The notes under the pieces: model-generated
What the model saw: only the letters and a program-made list of their open reading frames with translations
Databases searched by the model: none
Told to the model about the DNA's origin: nothing
Program-made: the position numbers and the translations under genes
Source: an uncultured bacterium
GTDB lineage: Bacteria; Lernaellota; Lernaellaia; Lernaellales; Lernaellaceae
Assembly: GCA_964534375.1 (NCBI GenBank)
Contig: CAZHPN010000106.1
Span: 1-20,415, forward strand
Length of the DNA: 20,415 nucleotides
Direction: 5' to 3'
Shown here: positions 6,910 through 15,046 of the stretch, one piece after another
Layout: the number at the start of each line of letters is the position of its first letter
How positions within the stretch are numbered: position 1 is the first letter of the stretch

Positions 6910-8478
6910 TCAAGAAACGCGGAACGCGGCCAGTTCCTTGCCGGCCTCGACGACGTGCACGGCGCAGGCGATGCAGGGGTCGAACGAGCGCACGACGCGG
7001 GCCGGGTCCATCGGGTTGGCGGCGTCCGCCACCGGCACGCCGATCAGCGCCTTTTCGATCGGCCCCATCATGTCTTTGTCGTTGCGGGGCGCGGCGTTCC
7101 ACGTGGTGGGCACGACGGCCTGGTAATTGGCGATCTTGCCGTCTTTGATCACGATCCAGTGGCCGAGCGCGCCGCGGGCGGCTTCGGTCAGGCCCATGCC
7201 TTTGCTTTCTTTCGGCACTTCCCACGGCGTGTGGAACGGTTTGCCCGGCTCGAGCGCGCCGAGCCAGTCGCCGATCTTGTGCGCCAGGATCTGGCACTCA
7301 ACCGCACGGGCCAGGTGCCGGCCGTACGACGAGTTGAGCGCGCCAAGGCCGACGCCCAATTTCTTGGTGACGGCGTCCAGCGCCGTCTTCACTTCCGGCA
7401 CGCCCTTCATGTAGGCGACCATCATGCGGGCGGCGGGGCCGACTTCCATGGGCAGACCGTTGTAACGCGGCGCCTTCAGCCACGAGTAGCCGTTTTTCTT
7501 TTCGGGGGCGGCTTCGGTCTCGCCCTTGAACGGCTCCAGGCCGCTGTGCGAGCTGTAGTACGAATGTTTGACGTCTTCGACGATCCCGGCGGGATTGAAC
7601 TCCTCGAGCTTGCCGTTGATCACGACGCCCGACGGCAGGAAGCGTTTCTTGCCGTCTTCGGTTTCCTCGAACACGCCGTACGACAGGTAGTTGCCGTACG
7701 ACGCGCCCATTTTCGCGGCTTCCGGGAAGAGGCTCGCCAGGGCCAGGGCGTCGGGCACGTACACGTTGTCGATGAAGTCGATCAATTCGGCCAGGCGCAT
7801 TTTGTACTGCACGATGCGGTCGACCGTCGGTTGCTGCGCGACGCCGCCGGGCACCAGCGCGATCATGTGCGGCATGCGGCCGCCGAAGATGGTGACCATC
7901 TCGTGGGCGGTGCGGCGTTTGCAAAGCGCTTGCAGATAGTGAGCGATCAACGCGACGTTGATGTCGTGGTCTTTGATGTAGAAGGGGCCTTCCCAGCGCG
8001 GCAGGAACGGCCCGACGGCGACGGGTTCGCCGGCCTTCGCCTGATCGAGCGCGGCCAGCACCCAATCGCGGACGCCGCCCAGCTTGCGGTCGGCGCCGCT
8101 GTACGTCGCGATGGCCTTGATGTCGACGTAATCGAGCGCGGTCAGGTGATAGAAGTGCAAAATGTGCGATTGCAGATAGTTGGCGCCGAGAATCAGGTTG
8201 CGCGCCAGGCGGCCGTTCTTCGGCGGGGTGATGTGAAACGCGTCGTCGAGGCACAGCGTCGCGGCGTGGCCGTGGCCGGCGGGGCAGACGCCGCAGATGC
8301 GCATCGTGATGTGCTGCGCGTCCAGCGGATGACGGCCGGCGAGGATCTTCTCGTAGCCGCGGAACATCTGGCCGGCGGACCAGGCGTTCGCCACTTTGCC
8401 GTCTTTGGTTTCGACTTCTATTTTCAGATGGCCCTCGATCCGGGTGATGGGATCGATCACGATTTTCTGGGTTGCCAT
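6910..8478 (-). CDS. Group 1 [NiFe]-hydrogenase large subunit ([NiFeSe]/group-1a-like, Cys form)
   Basis: DPITRIEGH, L1 RICGVC, HILHFYHL, YSWLKAPRY, EAARGALGHW, VVPTTWN, L2 FDPCIACAVH plus 14-aa cleavable tail. Confidence 0.96.
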   Translation of the reverse strand: MATQKIVIDPITRIEGHLKIEVETKDGKVANAWSAGQMFRGYEKILAGRHPLDAQHITMRICGVCPAGHGHAATLCLDDAFHITPPKNGRLARNLILGANYLQSHILHFYHLTALDYVDIKAIATYSGADRKLGGVRDWVLAALDQAKAGEPVAVGPFLPRWEGPFYIKDHDINVALIAHYLQALCKRRTAHEMVTIFGGRMPHMIALVPGGVAQQPTVDRIVQYKMRLAELIDFIDNVYVPDALALASLFPEAAKMGASYGNYLSYGVFEETEDGKKRFLPSGVVINGKLEEFNPAGIVEDVKHSYYSSHSGLEPFKGETEAAPEKKNGYSWLKAPRYNGLPMEVGPAARMMVAYMKGVPEVKTALDAVTKKLGVGLGALNSSYGRHLARAVECQILAHKIGDWLGALEPGKPFHTPWEVPKESKGMGLTEAARGALGHWIVIKDGKIANYQAVVPTTWNAAPRNDKDMMGPIEKALIGVPVADAANPMDPARVVRSFDPCIACAVHVVEAGKELAAFRVS

Positions 8479-8496
8479 GAGCGTGCTCCCTTCTGG

Positions 8497-9447
8497 TTAC
8501 GCCGTTTTCACGGTCGAGAGGTTGAGGCTCGCAATTGCGCCGCGCAGACCGTCGCCGGCGTGATCCGGGAAGGTCGGCTCGGTGCAGCCGATGCAGGGAG
8601 CGCCGCAGGTGATGCACTGGTTCATGTCGCCGTTCCAGCCGCGTTTTTGGATGTCGCAGCCGGAGATCGGGCCTTTGCAACCGAGCTTCGCCAGACAGAG
8701 CGATTCGCCGAAATCCTTGGCGAATTGATTGCTCTGGAAGTAGCTGTACCGCTGGCAATTCTCGTGGGTGTCCGGATAGAACATCTTCGGCCGGCCTTTG
8801 TCGTCGAGCGGCGGAATGCCGTAACCGAGCACGACGTGCGCCAGCGTGCCGACCATCCAATCCGGGTGCGGCGGGCAACCGGGGACGTTGATCACGGGCG
8901 TCGTCACGCCGTGGTCCTTGAACCACTTGCCCATCGCGACCGCTTTGGTCGGGCTGCCCTTGGCGGCCGGAATGCCGCCGTACGAGGCGCAGGTGCCGAT
9001 CGAGACGGCCGCGTGCGCCGCCTTGCCCAAATCGAGGACCAATTCGTTGAAGAGGATCGGCTTGCCGTTTTTCTCGCCGAGCATGCAATAATGGCCGTCG
9101 CCGGTCGGAATCGAACCCTCGACCAGGAGCAGATATTCGCCCTTCTTCTTGGCCATGATTTCTTCGAGCACGGCGGTGGATGTGTCGCCCGTCCCGGCCA
9201 TCAGGGTCATGTGATACTTGAAGCTGATGATTTCGGTAATGACTTTCGCCACATCGGGATACATCGTGTTCAACAGCGAAACGCTGCAGCCCGAGCAGGA
9301 TTGCGCCTGGAGAAACAACACCGGCGGCAACGCCTTGCTGGCGGCCAACGCTTTGGCGATCTCCCCCATCCCCGTGAGGGAGGCGCCCGCTACGGCGCCG
9401 CTGGTCATGGCAAGCTTGATAAACTCGCGCCGAGTCATTTTGCCCAT
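8497..9447 (-). CDS. [NiFe]-hydrogenase small subunit with Tat signal
   Basis: MTRREFIK twin-arginine motif; CSGC, GTCASYGG, GCPPHP, HENC, CLAKLGCKGP, CITCGAPCIGC; SD AAGGAGG; no C-terminal TM helix. Confidence 0.96.
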   Translation of the reverse strand: MGKMTRREFIKLAMTSGAVAGASLTGMGEIAKALAASKALPPVLFLQAQSCSGCSVSLLNTMYPDVAKVITEIISFKYHMTLMAGTGDTSTAVLEEIMAKKKGEYLLLVEGSIPTGDGHYCMLGEKNGKPILFNELVLDLGKAAHAAVSIGTCASYGGIPAAKGSPTKAVAMGKWFKDHGVTTPVINVPGCPPHPDWMVGTLAHVVLGYGIPPLDDKGRPKMFYPDTHENCQRYSYFQSNQFAKDFGESLCLAKLGCKGPISGCDIQKRGWNGDMNQCITCGAPCIGCTEPTFPDHAGDGLRGAIASLNLSTVKTA

Positions 9448-9473
9448 AACAGGTCCTCCTTGAAAGTTGCGCC

Positions 9474-9503
9474 TTTATAGACCGAACCGACGGTTGGAGG
9501 CAA
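9474..9503 (-). promoter_or_regulatory. Possible sigma70 promoter of the hydrogenase operon
   Basis: TTGCCT-18 nt-TATAAA, ending 26 nt upstream of the start codon. Confidence 0.35.
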
Positions 9504-9633
9504 GGGGGTCGCACGCCGCAAAAGGCGCTTATTTTCAACAGGCGCGGCGACGGCAGAAACGCTCAACTCGGGGCCGATTGGTAATCTCCGGGCGGTTGGC
9601 GTCTCGCGAAAGGCGCGAACGAAAACCGGCGCG

Positions 9634-11001
9634 TCAGGCGTTGATTTCGCTCGGCAGCAGCGAGCGGCCGACCGACGTGAAATACGAACCGGCCGCCGAT
9701 TGCCGGAGCGTGAGTTCGCGCCGAATTTCCGTCGCGCAAGGCGTGCCGTCGGGGTGGCGGAGCACCCGGACCGTCGGGCGGAAAACGTTCTTGGCGTTGG
9801 GCTCGAGCACGACGGCCGTTTCGCCATTGGTCAGTTTGACGTGCGTGCCCGGCGGGTAGGCGCCGAGGGTCGTCAACAGATGGCCGACGACGCGGGGCTC
9901 GAGCTCCGCGCCGGCCATGTCCGCCAGGCGATGGGCGACGTCCTCGGTGCGCAGCAGCGGGTCGGCGTTGAGCAGCTTGTCGTATTCGCTCGCGGCGGCG
10001 ATCAGCGCGGCGACGAAATTCATTTTCCGGTTGGTTGGCAACTGCGGGAAGCCCTTGCCGTCAAACCGGCAATGGTGCTCGAACGCCGCCACAAAGGCCA
10101 GCGTCGGCGCCTCCGGAAGTTGGGAGATCACGCCCATGCCGCGCATCGGGTGTTCGAGGTAAATGCGTTTGTCGGCCGACGCGCGCAGCACGCCGTCTTT
10201 GATTTTCAGCGGGATGTCGAGCAACCCCAAATCGAAAACGAACGCGGCGAGCAGCAGCTCGTCCAACTGCTCCGTCGTGGCGGACATCTCCTGGCCCGTC
10301 ACGTAGGCAATGATCGCCGTGTTGATGGCGTGGCCGATCAGATCGTCGGGCGCGTGGCGCGGATGCAGGCGCGAGAGCATCGCAAAGCGGTCGTCCGCGA
10401 GCGCCTGCGCCAATTGGGCGCGCCCGGCGATGACCGGCTCCAGGTTCAGCTTCGCGTTGGGCGTGAGCATCGCGACAACGAGGTCGGTAAGGGCCTTTTT
10501 CAGCGCCGCGTAGATCGCGTCCGCGGCGTCGGTGTTCGTCGAGATTTCGCGCAATTCGCCGGCGATCTCCACGCGCTTGAACAGGATGTGCGGGACCTCG
10601 GCTTCCTCGATCGTCCCCATCACGTCGGCCATTTCTTTCCAATAATTGACGTTCTCGACGAGCAGGCTGACGAAGCTCGCCAACTCGTTGGGCGTAACGC
10701 CGCGGAGCACGGTGATCGACTCGATCTGGCGGCTGGTCATCGCGCGGTACAGCGGCTGGGCCTGTTCCGACACCTTGGCCAGCGGGACCTTTTCGTAGAG
10801 AAATTCGCCGCCGAGCAGCACGATCGTCCACTCGTCGCTGTCCTCGCCGAGCAGCACCGTGTAGGCGTCGATGAACCGCTGGCAATTGGCTTCGAGGATG
10901 GGATGTTTCTCCGGGTACATCGCGCGAGAGCGCACCGCGGACGAGAAAATCTTCACCAATTCCTCGGATTGCAACATCTTGGTCGGCTGAATCTGCGGCA
11001 T
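9634..11001 (-). CDS. HD-GYP-like protein with degenerate active site, 455 aa
   Basis: Start MPQIQ (ATG at 11001, GGGAGG SD, 2 nt after the upstream stop); HAINTA, FVFDLG, EHPMRG, FEHHCRFDGKGFP, ASEYD; C-terminal YPPGTHVKLTNGETAVV...RP. Confidence 0.88.
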   Translation of the reverse strand: MPQIQPTKMLQSEELVKIFSSAVRSRAMYPEKHPILEANCQRFIDAYTVLLGEDSDEWTIVLLGGEFLYEKVPLAKVSEQAQPLYRAMTSRQIESITVLRGVTPNELASFVSLLVENVNYWKEMADVMGTIEEAEVPHILFKRVEIAGELREISTNTDAADAIYAALKKALTDLVVAMLTPNAKLNLEPVIAGRAQLAQALADDRFAMLSRLHPRHAPDDLIGHAINTAIIAYVTGQEMSATTEQLDELLLAAFVFDLGLLDIPLKIKDGVLRASADKRIYLEHPMRGMGVISQLPEAPTLAFVAAFEHHCRFDGKGFPQLPTNRKMNFVAALIAAASEYDKLLNADPLLRTEDVAHRLADMAGAELEPRVVGHLLTTLGAYPPGTHVKLTNGETAVVLEPNAKNVFRPTVRVLRHPDGTPCATEIRRELTLRQSAAGSYFTSVGRSLLPSEINA

Positions 11002-11003
11002 GG

Positions 11004-13241
11004 TCAGTTGCCCTCCCGCGCCCGCGCGTCGGCCAGGCTTTTCTTGCAGATCCGCTTGATCGTCGCGTTCCAGCTCTTCGCGCCTTTTTCCAAGACCGCC
11101 AGGCCGGCGCCGTCGCCGAGCGTGGTGAGGCATTTGGCGGCGAGCGCGACCAGATCTTCGTCAGGCCGTTGGTAGAAATGGACGTTGGTGACGTACTTCT
11201 CGAGCACCTCCGCGGCTTGCGGCGCCTTCAACGAGCCGAGCGAGCGGATGGCCAATTCTTCGGCCTGCACGTCGCCGTCGAAGCACTCCTTGGGGCGCAG
11301 CGCTTCGATCAGCAGCGGCGCCGCGCTGTCCACCATCTTGAATTGCCCGAGATTGATGATCGCCTGATGGCGCACGCTTTCGTCGGGATCGTGGATGAGT
11401 TTCGCGAGCAGCGGCACCGCGCGCGCGCCCTGCGTCGAAGTCAGCGCCTTCACGACTTCTTTGCGGACCTTCGGTTCCGGATGTTCGACGGTCATCTCCA
11501 GGCTGTCGATGAGATCTTTCGGCTGCAGTTTGATCAGCAGGTTGATCATGTTCCGGACCATGTGCCAGTCGGGGTGCTGCAATTTTCCGCGAATGAGGTC
11601 CGCCACCCGCATGCCGCTTTCCTGGAGGATGCCGAGCAGAAACATGCGCGCGTTGCGATCCGACTCGGTCTCCAGCGCGTTGACGATCGGCTCGAAGGCC
11701 GCCGGGCCCATGTGGACCAACAGATCGCGGATCTGCGCGCCGTGTTCTTTGCCCAAATCGTGTTCCGCCGCGATAAGGTCGGCGGCCAGCGATTCCTGCT
11801 GCAAATCCTGCAAAACCTGACGCGCGGTGCGGCACGAAACGCTGTTCTCGTTGGGATTGGACGCGTGCCGGGACAACGTCTGGACCATCGAATAGGCCAG
11901 CGAGATCTGCTGCGACCGAATCAGATCGCCGATCATGGCGTCGAGGTTTTTGGCGTACAGCGCGTAACTGTCGGACTTCTGAACCATGTCCAGCGCGACC
12001 AGCAGGTTGCGGCAGTACGAATCCTGGATCCGCGCCGGGTCGAAATCGACGAGCACGTCGGGGTCGTCTTTGCGGTAGTGTTGCTCGAGGACGTCGCGGA
12101 CCGCTTGCTCGCGCGATTGCTGTTCCTGCGCCGCGTTCGCCAACGTTTGTTGGAGCCGCCGGAGCCTCGGATCGGCCAACGCTATCTCCTCGAGTTCCTT
12201 GGAGATGTTGACCAACGAGACGTCGTGCTTGTTGTCGGTGTCGAACACGAGATTGCGGATTTCCGTCAGAATGGACTTTTCCCGGCCCTGGCCGACAAAT
12301 TCCTGATAGACCTTGCCCAAATCGCGGACGTTGTCGTCTCTCTGGTCGTAGCCCTTGATGATGCCGCGCGCGAGTTTGCGCGCACCGACTCGTTCGATGG
12401 CCCCCGGCATCGCGGCCCCGCCCTTGGCCGCAACGGTCTTGGCTTCCACCGCCATTTTCTTGAGCAAGAAATACATGGCCTTCGGGTTCGTGCCCTCCAT
12501 GACGCGCTGGATTTGGGTCTGGAAGGCTTTCATCGAATCGGCGTCGGTCGTCCGCGGATCGGGTGTGATCGAAGCGACCATCTCGAGAAACGATTCGGCG
12601 AATTTGCCGGCGTCCGCCGCCCGGCCTTTGGCCGAAAACGCACTGTTGAGCGCGTGGGACAGGCGGACGGCGTTGGCCAGCAGGTCTTTCGCGAAAGCGG
12701 TGGCCGACTGGCGATCCTCGTCCTCCTCGTATTGCCAGCCGCGCGCGAGCCGTTTCCAGATTTCGGCGTCGGACGCGTCGGCTCCGGCGTGGTCGAAATC
12801 CTGCTCGCGCAACTTGTAGTCGATGACCGCGATGTCGATCGAGGTGACGCCGCGGGAAAGCAGCAGTTCCTTATAACCGCCCGCTTCCGCCGCCGTCAGC
12901 GGATCGACCGAAAGCGTTTCGAAAAATATGCTCATGTTCTCGCGGGTCAGGCCGCGTTGGAATTTGATTTGCGTGACGCCGTATTGGTGCAGGACGCTGA
13001 TGAACGAGCCCATCCATTCGTCGTCCAACAACTCCTGGTCTTCGATGTACAGCCGGTCGCTGCCGATGCCGATCGCCAGCGTCTGCAGCCGCTCGAAGTA
13101 GCGCTGGAAATAGACCATGACTTGGTTCAGGCCCTGTTCGACGACGGCGTGCCCCGGCGGATACATCGTGTATTTGCGCATCAGCGCGCCGAAAGCGGTA
13201 ATGAGCGGCGCGTAGGGGCTCTTGTTTTGGGCCTGCGTCAT
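11004..13241 (-). CDS. HEAT-repeat protein with N-terminal MYPxxH domain
   Basis: C-terminal HEAT/PBS-lyase-like repeats (HPDWHMVRN, HPEPKVRKEVVKAL, DPDESVRHQAIINLG); SD GAGG. Confidence 0.88.
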   Translation of the reverse strand: MTQAQNKSPYAPLITAFGALMRKYTMYPPGHAVVEQGLNQVMVYFQRYFERLQTLAIGIGSDRLYIEDQELLDDEWMGSFISVLHQYGVTQIKFQRGLTRENMSIFFETLSVDPLTAAEAGGYKELLLSRGVTSIDIAVIDYKLREQDFDHAGADASDAEIWKRLARGWQYEEDEDRQSATAFAKDLLANAVRLSHALNSAFSAKGRAADAGKFAESFLEMVASITPDPRTTDADSMKAFQTQIQRVMEGTNPKAMYFLLKKMAVEAKTVAAKGGAAMPGAIERVGARKLARGIIKGYDQRDDNVRDLGKVYQEFVGQGREKSILTEIRNLVFDTDNKHDVSLVNISKELEEIALADPRLRRLQQTLANAAQEQQSREQAVRDVLEQHYRKDDPDVLVDFDPARIQDSYCRNLLVALDMVQKSDSYALYAKNLDAMIGDLIRSQQISLAYSMVQTLSRHASNPNENSVSCRTARQVLQDLQQESLAADLIAAEHDLGKEHGAQIRDLLVHMGPAAFEPIVNALETESDRNARMFLLGILQESGMRVADLIRGKLQHPDWHMVRNMINLLIKLQPKDLIDSLEMTVEHPEPKVRKEVVKALTSTQGARAVPLLAKLIHDPDESVRHQAIINLGQFKMVDSAAPLLIEALRPKECFDGDVQAEELAIRSLGSLKAPQAAEVLEKYVTNVHFYQRPDEDLVALAAKCLTTLGDGAGLAVLEKGAKSWNATIKRICKKSLADARAREGN

Positions 13242-13403
13242 GACGCACCTCTTTTCGCGATTGATTCACGGCGCGACGTGCAACGAACCGCCGCGCCGCC
13301 GCGCTTTTGGCGCCACACACCTCCGCCCGTCGCACGATTTGTGAGGCGTTTTCAGCGGCGGACCCCGTGTGAACGCGCGATCGCTGTCCGCACCCTTCCC
13401 AGC

Positions 13404-13440
13404 CTTATTAATACTTGTATTTACGGCTCACAATCAAGAG
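13404..13440 (-). promoter_or_regulatory. AT-rich probable promoter region upstream of the HEAT/HD-GYP operon
   Basis: Minus strand reads TTGATT-18 nt-TATTAATAA, an AT-rich island in GC-rich DNA. Confidence 0.3.
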
Positions 13441-13465
13441 GCCAACGGGCGGTTTGCCGCCGGCG

Positions 13466-13939
13466 TCACGAATTTTCGAACGGCTCGCCGCACCCCGGGC
13501 ATTTCTTGGCGGTGGGCGGAACTTCGGCGCCGCAACGGTCGCAGAAGGAGACCGCCCGTTCCCCGGCGTCGCCGGCCGCGGTTTGGCCGATTTCTGCAGT
13601 GTCCGGGGCCGGCGCGTCGATGGCGTTGACGAGGATCTCTCTCGCGCGGGCGAGGCGATGCCGGGGCACGAGGATTTTGCCATCCTGCGCGGGATAGATG
13701 AGCACGGCGCCGACGACATCGCCGGCGAGCACGTACGGAATTCCCGCCGCTTCGAGTTCGGCGACGATCAGCCGCGTCTCGAACGCGCCGCGGCGATCCG
13801 CCAGCACGGTCATCTCGTCGAGCGATTCATTGACGTCTACGACCGGCGGCGGCAAGGCCTCAACCAGATCCGCGCCGCAATCGAGGCATTTGGCGACCCC
13901 GGCGACATATTCGATGCGGCAACTCGGACAATAGGCCAT
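13466..13939 (-). CDS. DUF2007-like (putative signal-transducing) protein with N- and C-terminal zinc ribbons
   Basis: YCPSC...CLDCG; central LIVAELEAAGIP...ILVP..LARAREIL; FCDRCG...CPGCG; SD AAGGAGG and upstream TAAAAT (13975-13970). Confidence 0.85.
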   Translation of the reverse strand: MAYCPSCRIEYVAGVAKCLDCGADLVEALPPPVVDVNESLDEMTVLADRRGAFETRLIVAELEAAGIPYVLAGDVVGAVLIYPAQDGKILVPRHRLARAREILVNAIDAPAPDTAEIGQTAAGDAGERAVSFCDRCGAEVPPTAKKCPGCGEPFENS

Positions 13940-14003
13940 CCGCGCCTCCTTTCGGCGAAACCTGCTGCTATTTTAGACACTGTCGCGCGGCGCGGCCATC
14001 AGC

Positions 14004-14119
14004 CGAATGCGGAATGCCGAATGCGGAATGCGGAATGCAGACCGGCCGGCCGGGAATTCCCCATTCGCCATTCGCCATTCGCCATTTGGACGGAATGCCG
14101 AGTGCGGCATGCGGAATAC
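14004..14119. repeat. Heptamer tandem/inverted array related to those at 3705-3951
   Basis: 5x SGAATGC (14004-14038), 4x CCATT(C/T)G (14061-14088), 4x degenerate GGAATGC (14092-14119). Confidence 0.88.
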
Positions 14120-14173
14120 GGAGGGAACTTTTCCGGCCATGTACCGAGCTCGGCCGGGCCGCTTATCCGGCCC

Positions 14174-15046
14174 CTACCCGCCGATCTTTTCGCCCGCGGC
14201 CGGCGCGCGCAGGCGATCGAGGCCGAAGCGTTTGGTCAGGATGCGGTCGGTCAGACCGACCGGGAGCAGCCATCGATACAGCGGCAGGCGGATCGAGTTG
14301 GCCGCGAGACGGAAGATGGCCGGCGGTCGCGGCCGGGTTGCGGCCTCGACGACATGGCCGGCGAATTCGTCGGCCGCCATGGCGCCGCGCTGCCCTTCGC
14401 GGGCGCGGCCTTCGATGAAGCGGGCGATCGACGCGTAACGTGAATTCGGCGGCAGGATTTTGCCGACGATCTGCGCCGCCGTGTCGCCGAAATGCGAGGC
14501 CACGCCGCCGGGCTGCAGGCACATGACCTCGACGCCGAACGGCGCGAGTTCCATGCGCAAGGCGTCGGTCAACGAGTGCAGCGCCGCTTTCGAGGCGCAG
14601 TAGGCGCCGGCGAACGGCGTGGTCAGTACGCCCGAGACGCTGCCGACGTTGACGATCACGCCGCCGCCCTGCGCGATCATCAGCGGCGCGACGGCCTGCG
14701 CCACGGCCAGCGGGCCGACGACGTTCGTTTCGAGCTGGCGGCGCAGTTCGTCGGGCGGCAGTTCGAGCGCCGGGCCCATCAGGCCGAAGCCGGCGTTGTT
14801 CACCAGCACGTCGATGCGGCCGGCGCGGGCTGCGGCCGCTTCCACCGCCGCGGCGATCGACGCGGCGCTGGTCACGTCGAGCGGCAGCGCGGCGAGCGGC
14901 GCCGGGTCGAGGTCGGCGAGGGTTTCGGGCCGCCGGGCCGTCGCGATCACTTGATGGCCGGCGCGCGCGAAGGCCGCGGCCAGGGCCCGGCCGATGCCGG
15001 TCGAGCAACCCGTAATCAGGACCACCAACGATTTCTTTGCGTTCAT
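14174..15046 (-). CDS. Short-chain dehydrogenase/reductase (SDR), 290 aa
   Basis: Start MNAKKS (ATGA overlap); TGCSTGIG, LDVT, NNAG, GSVSG, YCASK. Confidence 0.95.
   Translation of the reverse strand: MNAKKSLVVLITGCSTGIGRALAAAFARAGHQVIATARRPETLADLDPAPLAALPLDVTSAASIAAAVEAAAARAGRIDVLVNNAGFGLMGPALELPPDELRRQLETNVVGPLAVAQAVAPLMIAQGGGVIVNVGSVSGVLTTPFAGAYCASKAALHSLTDALRMELAPFGVEVMCLQPGGVASHFGDTAAQIVGKILPPNSRYASIARFIEGRAREGQRGAMAADEFAGHVVEAATRPRPPAIFRLAANSIRLPLYRWLLPVGLTDRILTKRFGLDRLRAPAAGEKIGG

Noticed and set aside
6960..6990. Selenocysteine recoding in the large subunit
   Set aside because: The codon is TGC, with no in-frame TGA in the L2 motif
6727..9480. 917-aa plus-strand ORF
   Set aside because: Antisense shadow of the hydrogenase genes; no motifs; expected from high-GC codon bias
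9700..13697. 491-aa and 842-aa plus-strand ORFs
   Set aside because: Antisense shadows of the HD-GYP and HEAT genes
13415..14443. Plus-strand ORFs crossing the heptamer array (MRNAECGMRNA-type peptides)
   Set aside because: Translation artefacts of 7-mer repeats, overlapping real minus-strand genes
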